Shown here: positions 10,928-23,307 of the stretch, piece by piece
How the letters are laid out: every line of letters starts with the position of its first letter
Numbering within the stretch: position 1 is the first letter of the stretch
Assembly (NCBI RefSeq): GCF_021028975.2
Contig: NC_059435.1
Location: forward strand, 78,244,001 to 78,308,000
DNA length: 64,000 nt
Source: Sphaerodactylus townsendi
Lineage: Eukaryota
Reading direction: 5' to 3'
Translations under genes and position numbers: made by a program
The notes under the pieces: model-generated
Database searches by the model: none
What the model saw: the letters and a program-made list of their open reading frames with translations, nothing else
What the model was told of the DNA's origin: nothing

Positions 10928-11572
10928 CAGTGGCGAAGCTCCCACGGGGACATCCGGGGCAGTTTGTCCCGGGCACCACCAAAAGAAGTCACGTGGGGGG
11001 CACAAAATAGCCAGACCACACCCCCATTTCTTTGCCCGGTGCTTTTTTTTTAAAGCCAAGAAAGGTCCCTTTCTCAGCTAAAAAACCCCCACAAACACCC
11101 AGAATGGAGGCTGCAGCGCCCCTCTCACTCTCAGAAATTCCCTCTGAGAGTGAAAGGGGCACTGAAGCCTCTAAGCTCGGAGCTCTGGGCTCCCTCTTTT
11201 TTTTTAGGTCCCTTTCTCGGCTTAAAAAAAAAAGGCAGGCCATAGCACCAAGTTTAGAGGCTGCACGCAGTGCCCCTCTCACTCTTAGAAGGTCCCTCTG
11301 AGAATGAGAGGGGCGCTGAAGCCTCTAAGCTCTGGGCTTCCTGCTCTCGCGCCGTTGGAGCTGCTGCCCTGAGCAGGGAAAACTCCCTCTGCCCCGCTCC
11401 ATGGGGCAGAGGGGGGATGGCGGCCTCCACGTTTCCCCCCCCCCATGGATCCCTGCGCCATGGCCACCCGAAAGTTCCGTCATAACTGCTGGATAAGGTA
11501 AGTGGTGGTGCGTGCAGGGGGGCGGAAAACTCAGAGGCCGTCCGGGCACATCTTTGCCTAGCTATGCCTCTG
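10928..11572. mobile_element. hAT non-autonomous element
   Basis: TIR CAGTGGCGAAGCT / AGCTATGCCTCTG, exact TSD CTCTGAGC, two internal hairpin repeats. Confidence 0.85.
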
Positions 11573-12236
11573 CTCTGAGCTAAAGCAGAGAGGAGGAGGA
11601 GGAGGAGGAGGAGGGGAGCTCTCCGGTATTTCTTTGGAACCTGTGTGTGGATTCCTAAATTGGGTCCCCAAAGTTCCTTACAAGAAAATTGTTCACAACA
11701 CAGTGTAAAATACAATAAAAATGCTCTGAGCTGGATCGCCCAGGCCAGTGCGATCTCATCAGAACTGGGAAGCCAAGCAGCGTTGGCACTGGTGGGAGGT
11801 GGGAGACCACCAAGGGAGTCCAGGTCATTTTGCAAAGACAGGCAATGGCAAACAGCCCCTGAACGTCTCTTGCTCTGAAAACCCTACGGGGTTGCCATAA
11901 ATTGACTGCTACTTGATAGCATTTTCCTCCTCCACCTTTTAAAATATGATGCCCAAACAGAATGTGAAAGACAAGCAGCTAACACACAAGGAATAGTCAA
12001 CAGAAACACATTTATTCTAACAATTCTGTGGGGGGGAATGTCAGTGGTGGTTATTTCCTCTGGAACGGGCCCAGAGGAGGGCGACCAAAATGTTAAAAGG
12101 TCTGGAATCCATGCCCTACAAGGAAAGACTGAGATAGCTGGGGATGTTTAGTCTGGAGAAGAGAAGGTTAAGGGGTGACATGATAGCCATGTTTCAACAT
12201 TTGAAGGAGGGAGCAAGCTTGTTTTCTGCTGCTCCA

Positions 12237-12378
12237 GGCCCCTTCCGCACATGCAGAATAATGCACATTCAATCCACTTTCACAATTTGTTTGCAAGCGG
12301 ATTTTGCTATTTCGCACAGCTGCAAAGTGCATTGAAAGTGGATTGAAAGTGCATTATTCTGCATGTGCGGAAGGGGCC
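12237..12378. mobile_element. Palindromic MITE (PIF/Harbinger-like) inside a CR1 fragment (about 12060-12405)
   Basis: GGCCCCTTCCGCACATGCAGAATAATGCAC ... GTGCATTATTCTGCATGTGCGGAAGGGGCC. Confidence 0.75.
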
Positions 12379-13008
12379 TAGGACAAAGAGTAATGGATTC
12401 AAGGTGCCAGGCCAGTTCTGTCCCACAGAAGAGCCTCCGACTATTGGGTGGGACACTGACCTTTGCCGTTTTGCCAGCTGCAAATATAGCCCCACTTGTC
12501 CAGTGGCCTCATGGTGTGCGCAGAGATTCTCACATATGAGAGTGGCCAACTCTGGGTTGAGACAGTCCTAGAGATTTTGGGGGGGGACACTGGGGGGGAC
12601 AGAGTTTGGGGAGGGAACCTCAGCATGGTATAATGCCATAAAATCCACTCTCCAAAGATGCCATTTCCTCCAGGTCAACTGGTCTCTGCAGCCTGGCAGT
12701 GAATTTTAAATCTGGGAGATTTCCAGGCCCCACCTGGAGGCTGGCAACCCTCTCATGTCTGCCAGAAGCCAGTCCCTTGGCCCATCATGCTCCGTGTTAC
12801 TGACTCTGACTGGCCGCCACTCTGCAGGCCTTCAGGAGGAGGCCGTTTGCATCAAGCGAGCGCCTTCTGCACACAAAGCAGCAGGCATCCATCACAGACC
12901 CCCAGGCAACTCTGCTCACAACCCAGTAGCAGGGAGTTCCATGAACTGCGGACTAGTTCCCAAACAGCACCAAGTGGCCTCTGGGCGGGTGCCCCAAGCG
13001 ACTCTCAC

Positions 13009-13143
13009 CTCCATCCCACAGCACCGTCAGCCCCACATGGGAGATAACAGCGAGGAAGAGGCCAGCTCTCTCAAAGGTCAGGCCGTTCCCAGTGTACGTC
13101 TTGGGGGGCCGCACTGAGACCCCGTTCACAGTCACGTCTTTTC
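13009..13143 (-). CDS. SSPO: SSPO coding exon 21
   Basis: [29 protein letters not shown]...WDG; AG/GT. Confidence 0.94.
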
Positions 13144-13523
13144 CTGTTAAGGAACAAAAGGGTGGGGTCAGAAGTGCATGAAACAACCCCCACCCCGCTG
13201 AATCAGATGCCGGGTCCCCCAGAGCCTGCCTTGTCTACTGCGACTGGAAGGAGCTCTCCATGGTCCCAGGCGAAGGAGGGCTCCCCCATCCTTTCAATTG
13301 GAGATGCCGGGGACTGGAGCTGGGATCTCCTGCATGCCCAGGAGACGCTCAACCAGTGAGCCAGGGGCCCTCCAAAACATGGGCACACATGGGATGAAGC
13401 CTCCTTACATGAACCAGACCCTCAGTCCACCAGAGTCAGCACCGTCCACCCAGACTGGCGGTGGCTCTCCAGGGTTCATGGGGGTAGGTGTCTTTCCCAT
13501 CCCTTCCTGCCAGTCTTTTTTAA

Positions 13524-13969
13524 GGAGCAGCTGTGGTGAAGTGATTAAGAGCAGGTGCACTCTAGTCTGGAGGAACCGGGTTTGATTCCCCGCTCTGCCG
13601 CTTGAGCTGTGGAGGCTGATCTGGGGAATTCAGATTAGCCTGTGCACTCCCACACACGCCAGCTGGGTGACCTTGGGCTAGTCACAGTTCTTTGGAGCTC
13701 TCTCAGCCCCACCAACCTCATAGGGCCATGGTGGCGAACCTTTGGCACTCCAGATGTTATGGAGTACAATTCCCATCAGCCCCTGCCAATTGTCCATGTT
13801 GGCAGGGGCTGATGGGAATTGTACTCCATAACATCTGGAGTGCCAAAGGTTCGCCACCACTGCCATAGAGTGTTTGTTGTGAGGGGGGAAGGGAAAGGAG
13901 ATTGTCAGCCCCTTTGAGTCTCCTACTGGAGAGAAGGGGGGATATAAATCCAACTCTTCTTCTTCTTCT
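13524..13969 (+). mobile_element. Same SINE family, interrupted by a palindromic MITE
   Basis: Reverse complement of 965-1287; insertion at 13726-13862. Confidence 0.8.
13726..13862. mobile_element. Palindromic hAT MITE (TIR CAGTGGTGGCGAACCT)
   Basis: Near-perfect foldback; TSD 6 of 8. Confidence 0.85.
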
Positions 13970-14111
13970 ACTTAACTGGAGATGCTACTGGGGATTGAAC
14001 CCGGGGCCTTCTGTAGGCCCAGCAGAGGCTTTGCCACTGAGCCAGAGAGATTCCCTCAAATGGAGAGGGGGGGGGCAACCTCTCACCTCCAGACAGGCCT
14101 GCCCGTCTTAC

Positions 14112-14368
14112 CTCGGAGCAGGTGGACCACAGTGCTGCCGATGAGCACCATGACGGATTTGGTGCAGGTGGTGCCGCTGCTCCCGCACGGCACATTCTCG
14201 GCAGTGACGCTGAAGGCCCCGTCGCTCTCGTGCACCAGGATGTACTCACAGTCCCCCAGGAAGCTGAAGGCCCGCCCATCAAAGGTGACGTAGTGGGGAT
14301 CCCCGGTGGCGACACACGTCCCAGCACAGTGGTGGTGGCTGCATTCCCAGCGCCGACTGCGGCAAGTG
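14112..14368 (-). CDS. SSPO: SSPO coding exon 20 (VWD3 start)
   Basis: TCRSRRWECSHHHCAGTCVATGDPHYVTFDGRAFSFLGDCEY...VVHLLR; translated by hand; AG/GT. Confidence 0.94.
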
Positions 14369-14622
14369 CTGGGGGGTTGCCAAGTGAAAAAAAAGGTTGC
14401 GACCCTCTGGAATATGTTATCACTCTGCAGGCCACGAGGGAATGCCGGTGGATGGGGGCCAGCTCAGTTGAGACCCTGCAGTGCCTCGGCATTCTCCTCT
14501 GGCAGTCGCTTGAGTGGCTGGGCGGCAGAACCAGCCCTGGGGGAGTTCCACTGGAGGAAAATGGTAGAGAAGCCCACCCCAACCCCCCAACCCCACGGCA
14601 ATCCCCAGCATCACATCCTCAC

Positions 14623-14717
14623 CAGGTGTTGCAGTCCTTGGTGAAGTTCTCGTAGGGCTGGTACAGCCGGCTGTTGTGGTGGCAGGGGCACTCCTCTGGG
14701 GAGACGCAGCGCTCGTT
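14623..14717 (-). CDS. SSPO: SSPO coding exon 19
   Basis: NERCVSPEECPCHHNSRLYQPYENFTKDCNT; translated by hand; AG/GT. Confidence 0.93.
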
Positions 14718-15097
14718 CTGCAGAAGGGAAGAAGCCACAGAAGCTGAACGAGCAAGAGTCCACCACTGCAGGTCTGTTGGAAGAAGCCGGGCTGGGGGAT
14801 TCTGCTAGCAGGGGCTTCCAAACTTAGGCCGGCCAGCCCCATTATGTGGATTTTTGGACCATGGCCATTAGATACATAATGTTGTTGTGTCCGGGGACAT
14901 TTTATTGCTGTGGCTTTTCTTGTGTTTTTGCAGTGACTGATTTCCCTTGAAAATTTACTAACTGATTCTGTACTGCCTTTGTTTGCTTTGTGGAAAGGTA
15001 GGATGCCAGCTGACCTTGTAAAGAAAAGAACTGCTGACAGCAAGTTGGGTTGCGGGGAAGGGTTAGGGTTAGGGTTGTGTGTGAAGGTGGGTTAAAC

Positions 15098-15273
15098 CAG
15101 CAGTTCTCAACCTGTGGGTCGTGACCCCTTTGGGTTCTTTCACAGGGGTCGCCTAAGACCATCAGAAAACGGTCTTTTTATATTTTATATATACCAATTT
15201 TATGGTTGGGGGTCACTACAACATGAGGAACTGTATCAAAGGGTCGCGGCATTAGGAAGGTTGAGAACCACTG
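15098..15273. mobile_element. SPIN/URR1-like hAT MITE
   Basis: TIR CAGCAGTTCTCAACCT / AGGTTGAGAACCACTG, exact TSD GGTTAAAC; internal sequence resembles rodent URR1 (recalled). Confidence 0.8.
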
Positions 15274-15513
15274 GGTTAAACTCTTCCCTGGGCTTCTATT
15301 TGCCCTTATGCTCACCTGGAAAGTTGGAGCTGGTTTGGACGTTCTAAGTCAGGACTTAGAGCACATTTGGAATTCTGGCTTGTTTCTTATTTGCAGAGAA
15401 TGAGGTTTGTGCCAGAGCATTTGGGGGCATGTGAAAAAAATTATACAATGGGTTTGCTATAATTGTAAGGGGGGGTTGCCAAGTGAAAAAGAGGTTGCAA
15501 ACCTCTGGAATAT

Positions 15514-15660
15514 NNNNNNNNNNNNNNNNNNNNNNNNNNNNNNNNNNNNNNNNNNNNNNNNNNNNNNNNNNNNNNNNNNNNNNNNNNNNNNNNNNNNNNN
15601 NNNNNNNNNNNNNNNNNNNNNNNNNNNNNNNNNNNNNNNNNNNNNNNNNNNNNNNNNNNN
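15514..15660. other. Assembly gap (other gaps at 41824-41905 and 46339-46476)
   Basis: Runs of N. Confidence 1.
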
Positions 15661-18600
15661 CATCCCCGAGGGGCTCTGGGCGGTGTACAACATAGAAGAA
15701 GGCAATATAAGCAATTAAAACATTTAAAAGCAGCGAGAACCATAAAAATTTCTAGTAATATAATAAGTTACAGTAAAAATGAGAATAGATGGCGTTCAGC
15801 AATCTGCTATTATAATTCCATCCCTTCCCCTAAAGGGGGGAGAAACAGCATCCCACGTTCTGATCTAAAAAATTCCCTCCCCCTTCCAAAAGGGAGGAGT
15901 GGCAAGTCTGAGATGACAGCTGACCCCGGTATCAGGGCCGGGGAAGGGGGCACCATCAACGGCTGGTTCCTCCAAAGGCCCGGCGGAACAGCTCCATCTT
16001 ACAGGCCCTGCGGAACTCACCAAGGTCCCGCAGGGCCCGGACAGCTGGAGGGAGAGCGTTCCACCAGGCCGGGGCCAGAGCTGTAAAGGCTCTGGCCCGT
16101 GTGGAGGCCAGCCGTATCGCCGAGGGGCCAGGGACCACCAGTAGGTTGGCCTCCACTGATCGGAGAGGCCGTGCAGGGACATATGGGGTGATGCGGTCCC
16201 AAAGATACGATGGTCCCAGGCCGCATAAGGCCTTAAAGGTCAATACCAGCACCTTGAAGGTGATCCGGAATTCCACTGGGAGCCAGTGCAGCTGGCGCAA
16301 TATTGGCTGGATGTGTGCCCAGGTGGCGCTGCCTGTCAGCAGGCGCGCTGCTGCATGCTGGACCAGTTTTAATCTCCGGATCAGATGCAAGGGAAGGCCC
16401 GCGTAGAGCGAGTTACAATAGTCTAATTTGGAGGTGACCGTTGCATGGACCACAGTGGCTAAGTCCGCTTGGGAGAGGAAGGGCGCCAGCCGTCGGGCCT
16501 GACGAAGGTGGAAAAAGCAGCCCGGGTTGTATGGGCCACCTGGATCTCCATTGATAGAGACAAATCCAGGTGGACCCCCAGGCTGCGGAAGCGAGGAGGT
16601 CGCTGCCAAAGTGACCCCCTCCCACACCGGCGGCTGGAAAGACCCTCCCCCCCCTTCACGGCCAAGCCAGAGGATCTCCGTCTTCGATGGATTCAGTTTT
16701 AACCTGCTCTGCCGCAACCAACCAGCGACCGCCTCCAAACAGTGCTGTAGAGCCACAGGGGCGGCGGTTGCTCCCCCCTCCATCAACAGAACGAGCTGTG
16801 TGTCATCAGCGTACTGATGACAGATCAGCCCGAAACTCCGTACCAGCTGAGCAAGGGGCTGCATATAGATATTAAATAGCAGCGGGGATAATAGTGCCCC
16901 CTGGGGTACACCGCATGGCCGGGCGACTTCCGGGAGGCTTGATCCCTGCACTCCTCACTTGCTGACCTCCGGCCCCGGAGAAAGCAGGTAGACAATCCAT
17001 TGAAGGACAGTGCACTGCGCACTCCAGAGGCAGCCAGGCGGTGGGTCAAAAGGTGCGGTGGTCGACCACATCAAGCGCTGCGGTGAGATCTAACAGCTTA
17101 CCAGCTTAGCGCCGATCCTTTCTCTTCGGTGAGTTGAATCTGGTGTATGTATCTGTGACAGCGGCCCGAGAACAGTCTCCGTCCCATGCCCAGCACGGGC
17201 TTGGACTGGAAGGGGTCAAAAGCCGATCGTCATCCAGAAAACCTTGAAGCTGCTCCAACACCCACTCTCTCCAATTACCTTCCCCAGAAACGAAGATTCG
17301 AGGCGAGAGCGGTGGTGGCCGAGATCCCTGTTGAGGATCTAATGATGGTCTTTTTTTAAGAGTGGAAGCGGACCACTGCCTCCTTCAACCCATCTGGGAG
17401 AGAGACTCCTTGGCTCAAAGAGGAGCCATTGATTATACTCAACAGATGGAGATTAAGTAGCTCCAGCCTGGCAGGTTTTCACAAGCCAGGGCTGAGGAGC
17501 CGCGGATCAGAAGGACGGAGGTAGTAGAAGTCTAACAGCAGCTAAGGTTCTGTCGACAGCAGCTTCAGAGAGCAGGGAAAACTACTTGGGCCAAACAAAA
17601 AGGGGCCTGAAGGCGGCAAGGGAGTCTCCAGTTCACTAATTGTAGCCAGCGTGGATGGAAGGTCATGGCGGAGGCGGCAGCGATTTTATCGTGAAAAAAG
17701 CTCATAAATGCCTCACAGCTAATGCTCAATTGAGAATTTGAAGATCTCTCCGATAAGGAGGTCAATGACCGAATTATACGAAACAATTGTGCTGGGCGAG
17801 GAGCTAGCGGATCACGAGAGGAGGAGGAGAAGAAAGCCCTCTTCACTTCGCCCGTGCAGCCACCTCACAGGCTTTCATAAAGCGTCCTATAAGATGTTAG
17901 CGCAGCTTCGTCGTGAGTTTTCCTCTCCACACTCGCTCTAGGCGATCTAAGTTCCCGCTTCATATGTGCGCAACTCCTCAGTATACCATGGAAGTAGCGC
18001 CGTGAGCGTGGACGTAGAGCATAACCGAAGGAGCAACAGCATCGATGGCATGAGGAGAGCAGGGAGTTCCAGTCCTCCACCTGCTCATCGAGCGTGCCGG
18101 CCCGGAGTTCAGGGTCCGCCAGAGCATTCCAGGAAACCAAGTGGATCCATAATAAGTCTCCAGCGGGCGAGCGTAAATCGGCTCGTCGCCCTGAAGCGAA
18201 GTGATCACGACGGAGTCCACCCGTACCTTCAGGGCATAGTGGTCGGACCACGGCACTCTTTCAGTAAGAGGATCACGATGAGATTTATCCCCGACCCGAA
18301 GACGATGGCGTGTGCCCAGCCTCATGGGTGGGGCCAGAATTTATTAGAGGAGAGGCCACAAGCGTCGCCATGGATGACACTAGGTCACCCAGCGAAAGCA
18401 ATACATGAGGCGGCATCGGCGTAGACGTTAGAAGTCCCCCAAAACAATAAGCTTGGGGAACCGCAACGCCCAGTCCGACACCACCTCCAGCAGCTGTGGC
18501 AGGCGGCTTCCCGGTGCGCTAGGCGACCGGTACACCAGGAGAACGGCCAACCTCTCCGGGGCCAACCACTCCAGGCCGACACATTCTATGCCGGTGACCT

Positions 18601-18785
18601 CCGGGACGGGGACTGCCCTAAAGGGAATAGATTCACGGATGAACAGCGCCACACCGCCCCCCCGGCCCTGTGTTCGCGATTGGTGAAGACACGCGAAACC
18701 CGGGGGCGCCACCTCGCTCAAGGCGACGGTCTCACCTTCGCGCACCCAGGTCTCGGTGATACATGCCAGGTCCACCTGTTGGAGC
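15661..18785 (-). mobile_element. 5'-truncated L2-clade LINE (APE endonuclease + reverse transcriptase), frameshifted
   Basis: DLACITETW, GRGGGVALF and LIVLGDF (endonuclease); GVPQGALLSPLLFNIYM, YADD and LRQLHWLPV (RT and C-terminus); 3' tail runs into the N gap. Confidence 0.92.
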
Positions 18786-19249
18786 ACCTAAGCTGCCAGG
18801 TCCACCTGTTTAAAGCACCTAAGCTGAAATACTGTACTAGTTGGCAAATCACAAGAGCCATTTTTTCTGTTCTTCTGGAATTCAGGGCATTTCTCCAATA
18901 TAAGCTTCCTAGGCTCTTGATGCCAGAACCAGCATTTGGGCTGGGAACCAATGCATGTTCCCTGCAGTGCACAGCCCCCACGGTGTGAGGTTGCTTCATT
19001 GGGGCGCTCCAAAGCTTTTGGGATATATGGAGGTGTTAAAGTATCATTAATACATGTGGTTGGCATCACAAACGAGGAGCTAGGAAGTACGAACAAGGAA
19101 CTGAAACCAAGCCTCAGCTGCACTGCTTTCATCTAATTGTAAACTAATGGCACCTGGTGGGCCACTGCGAGTAGCAGAGAGCTGGACTAGATGGACTCTG
19201 GTCTGATCCAGCTGGCTTGTTCTTATGTTCTTATGTTCTAAACTATTAC

Positions 19250-20380
19250 TCTGGTTGTTGCATCTCAAAAAGGATGTTGAAAAGCTGGAAAAAAGTACAG
19301 AAGAGGGCAATCAATATGAACAAGGGGTTGAAGAACCTTTCTTGCATGGAAATGCTGAAGAATATGGGCCTTTCCAGTTTAGAAAAAAAGGCAAGGCAGA
19401 CAGAGTGGTTTATAAAATGAAGCATTAGGTAGAGAAAGTGGACAGAGGGAGCTTTTTCTACCTCTCTTGTGCTATGAGAACTCAAAGATACACAACAAAG
19501 TTGTTCAGAAATAGATTCAGAACAGACAAAAGGAAATATTTACTGAGTTAGTAAGTTGTGGGATTCACTGCCATTGGAGGCAGTGATGGCCACAGGAACA
19601 GACAGTTTTAAAAGGGGATTAGACAGAGACCCGGAGGAGAGGTCCATCACTGGCTACTTGCCATGGTAACCAAAGGGAACTTCCACATACAGAGGCTACG
19701 AATCCCAGTGCCAGGAGATAGCATCAGGGGAAGGCCTCAGCCTCTGTGTCCTGTTACTGGACCTCCAGAGGAACTGGTTGTCCCCTGTGTGAGGCGGGGT
19801 GCTGGACTAGGTGAACCCTCCCAGGCAGAGGTGGGATCCAGCAGGTTCTCACAGGTTCCCGAGAGTAGGTTACTAATTATTGGTGTGTGCCGAGAGGGGG
19901 TTACTAATGGGTGATTTTGCCACGTGATTTTTGCCTTAGTTACGCCCCTCCTCTCAGCAGTAGCGCGCAGAACTTGAAGCAGTCTAGCAGGAGGTGCCCC
20001 GGCATGCGTGGCAGCCTGCGTGCATTCGTTTCCCGCCCAAGGACCGGCGCAGCGGCAGCGTCCTTGCCACAACCCCGCCCAGGAATGCCCCGCCCCCGGA
20101 ATACCTGGCCATGCCCCCGTCGTGTCCCGCTCAGCCCCATTGACGCTACGCCACAGTTTGAATCCCACTACCTTGGGAACCTGTTACTAAAATTTTTGGA
20201 TCCCACCACTGCTCCCAGGTCTGATCCAGCAGGGCTCTTCTGAGGTTCTGACCAGGGGAAGGCCTCAGCCTTGATGCCCTGTTGTTGGCCCTCCAGAGGA
20301 ACTGGTTGGCCACTATGTGAGACGGGATGCTGGACTAGATGGACCCTCACTCTAGTCCAGGGAGGTTCTTCTCAGGTTCT
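19250..20380 (+). mobile_element. Older CR1 3' fragment (interrupted by hAT)
   Basis: KVQKRAINMNKGL...LGLSSLEK-like remnant. Confidence 0.65.
19826..20211. mobile_element. hAT non-autonomous element (long form) inserted in a CR1 3' fragment
   Basis: Exact TSD CTCCCAGG; TIR CAGWGGTGGGATCC. Confidence 0.88.
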
Positions 20381-20456
20381 TACAAAAAGGCAAGTGGGCA
20401 TTCTCCCTGCCCAAGGGCACCTGAGGTGGGCAGATCCAGGGACTCCAGGAACTCAC

Positions 20457-20637
20457 CCAGAAGACGGTGCCGTGGGGGCAGACACAGCCGTCTGAGAGGC
20501 CCGTGCAGCTAACGTCCCCCTCAGGGGTCTCGCAGGTGCGAAGGCAGGAGCCAAAGGCATAGACCAGCTCCCCAGGACAGACCACGGCTTGAGGGCAGCT
20601 GTTCTCAGTACAGTTCCAGGCCCCATTCACACAGGTG
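20457..20637 (-). CDS. SSPO: SSPO coding exon 18
   Basis: TCVNGAWNCTENSCPQAVVCPGELVYAFGSCLRTC; AG/GT. Confidence 0.93.
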
Positions 20638-22929
20638 CTGAAACACAGATTGGGCAGGGAAATGGGGATAGGGAGGAATAAATTTTTGCAACTAGCCCCT
20701 TCTTCTCCTCTCCTAGATTCGGATCCGCTCAGAGCCCCTCAGGGACCCACAAGAGTTTCAGTGTATGAGCTTTTGAGAGGCAAAGGTCCTTCTGGGAAGC
20801 TCACACCGTGAAACTCTCTCCCTGGCCTTGAAGTGGCCTCTGGCCGCGAATCCAGCTGTCCAACTGCAGACCAGCACAGCTGCCTCCTGAATCTCCGTCT
20901 CTCCTAAAGGCTATTCAGGGCAGCTCAAGTGGTTCTCAAGGCCCTTCCCCCAATTATGAATCCAAATCATGAACACAGAGTTGGCTTCACCCAGGGTTGG
21001 TCAAGATGTTTGATTGCTCCAAGCAAGGTTCTCTCCTGTTCCCTCCTGAACAGGGGCTCGGCCTGGACCTGGCTGTGAGTGGTGCAGACCCCAGAAGTGA
21101 GACCAGCCACTTTTTTGCCACTGACGGCTCTGAGTGCCTGCCAGGTTTCTGTGTCCTCCTTGTTCTGCTACCTCGGGGCCAAAGAACCACCCGAGATTGA
21201 TCAAATCAAACAGAAATGAAACTAAACCCAAAACTTGATATCTTGGGGCTTCACTGGGGGAAAATCTGACCCCATTGCTGGGTCAGGCCACAGGAGCATC
21301 TCCAGCAAACCCCTAAATGGCAGCGCTTGGAGCCAAGTGGCACTTGGAGCCCAAGTCCTCAGTGGCCTTCTATGACCCTACCTTAGATGGAGTCCAATCA
21401 GTGGCCCTTCTAGCTTGTCTCCTCTGATTGGATGCAGAATCCTGGGGCCTTTAGGACCACCTGCTACCCAAGATTCTTCAGCTGGTCTGAGCCTGGGGCA
21501 TTCTGCATGCAAAGTAGGCACTCAGCCTCAGAGCCACGGCCCCTGCAGGCCACGGGCCACTCTCTTTGACCATTTCCTCTGCAGGCCACTTCTAGGCACA
21601 TGGTGAATTGCATGGGAGCTGGAATCATGTGGCAGAGACATTCAATGAAATCAACCTATCCTGTAGGACAGCCACAGACAGGTCACAGGGTGATTTCATC
21701 AAACATCTCCTACCACTCCACCAGGCAGCGGTAGAGAGAAGCAGCAGATAAGGCAGGTTGCTGACACAGGCATTTCTCCCGGTTGGAGGAGACATGGACA
21801 GGAATTCCTTGGTGTCCCTGAAGGAACATATTCACCTTCCTGAAGCAGGGGGATGTCATCCATGAGCAGGCTGGTCCTCTAAGTCCTGAGCCACAGAAAG
21901 ACCACCCAGGAAACAGCACAACCCTCCTCCTGTCTGTGCTCCTCCAAGGGATTTCTTTGATCGGCTCTCAGCAGAGCCTTCTTCTTACCGGCAAGTCACA
22001 CACGAAAGGCCTGCCCTGATGAAGAGAGAGCTGGCCAAAAAGCCCAACTCTCATAGAGTTCATTTCTGCCTCTCCAGATTGTGGGCGCAAATAGACAAGA
22101 TGATGAGCAAACTTTTCATTTTGCCCATAAAATGCATGTTTCCACCTTTGGCAGCCTCAGTTTGCTTAATGAGTGTGCAAAGAATCATAGATTTGGAAGA
22201 GACCACAAGGACCATGCAGGGGCCCACCCCCTGCCATGCAGGAGAACGCAATCAAAGTACAGGAAGTGAAAGAGGTTTTAACCCTTCGGCCTGCATTTGA
22301 CATCTCTATTCAAAAGTAGGCTTCCTGCTTTGTTGTTAGATGATGTGTCTTCACAAATACATTCACTTTTCAAATGCTAAAACCAAAGTAGGAATACCAT
22401 TTTCAAGTAGTCAGATTGAATGGACATCGAAGGTTAATTGCCTTTTCTTTACATGTATGTTCCCAAAGCAAACTGAGGTGGCAGTGGGCATGTTATGAAG
22501 GGAATGAGCGGCTCCTCTTCATATTTGTTTATGCTGAATGCCCAGTTTTGTTCCAGTAGTGATGGGGAAAGTGCAAAGGTTCCATGATGAACCAAACTCT
22601 TTGGTCAGAGGGAACGGAAGCTCAGCCTCTCAGCAGCTCCTGCAGTTTCACGCAGACCCATCATGACTAGATTCTTACTTTTGTGGTTCAACAAAGGCTG
22701 GTGTCACCACCCCAAAGCAAATAGTAGCTGGTGTATAACGCTGTTTGTTTGTTTGTTTGTTTAAACCCCGCTTCATGCTGCTCTTTCACCCATCTTAGGG
22801 TTCCCAAGGCAGCTAACAGCCAACAACAATGAAAACAAACTTTTAAAATACACAGTATAAAAACAACTTAGAAACAGCAACTGAACCAAACGCATTCACA
22901 ACTTAAACAAACACACATGAAGGAGACAT

Positions 22930-23307
22930 TCAGGGGACATTCATTGAAAATGCTGGGGGGAAGAATTAGGACTAATAAAAGGAAACACTTCTTCACACGT
23001 GTGATTGGTGTTTGGAATATGCTGCCACAGGAGGTGGTGATGGCCACTCACCTGGATAGCTTTAAAAAGGGGCTTGGACAGATTTATGGAGGAGAAGTTG
23101 ATTTATGGCTACCAATCTTGATCCTCTTTGATCTCAGATTGCAAATGCCTTAACAGACCAGGTGATCAGGAGCAACAGCCGCAGAAGGCCATTGAGTTCA
23201 CATCCTACATGTGAGCTCCCAAAGGCACCTGGTGGGCCACTGCGAGTAGAAGAGCTGGACTAGATGGACTTTGGTCTGATCCAGCTGGCTTGTTCTTATG
23301 TTCTTAT
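22930..23307 (+). mobile_element. CR1 LINE 3' fragment
   Basis: RGHSLKMLGGRIRTNKRKHFFT; (TTCTTATG)2 tail; short 3' copies at 2088-2256, 19148-19240 and 55121-55308. Confidence 0.85.

Noticed and set aside
15058-15076. Interstitial telomere marking a chromosome fusion
   Set aside because: Only about three TTAGGG units, inside a transposon-like segment.
15956-16951. Functional or domesticated reverse transcriptase gene
   Set aside because: Part of a 5'-truncated, frameshifted L2 copy.
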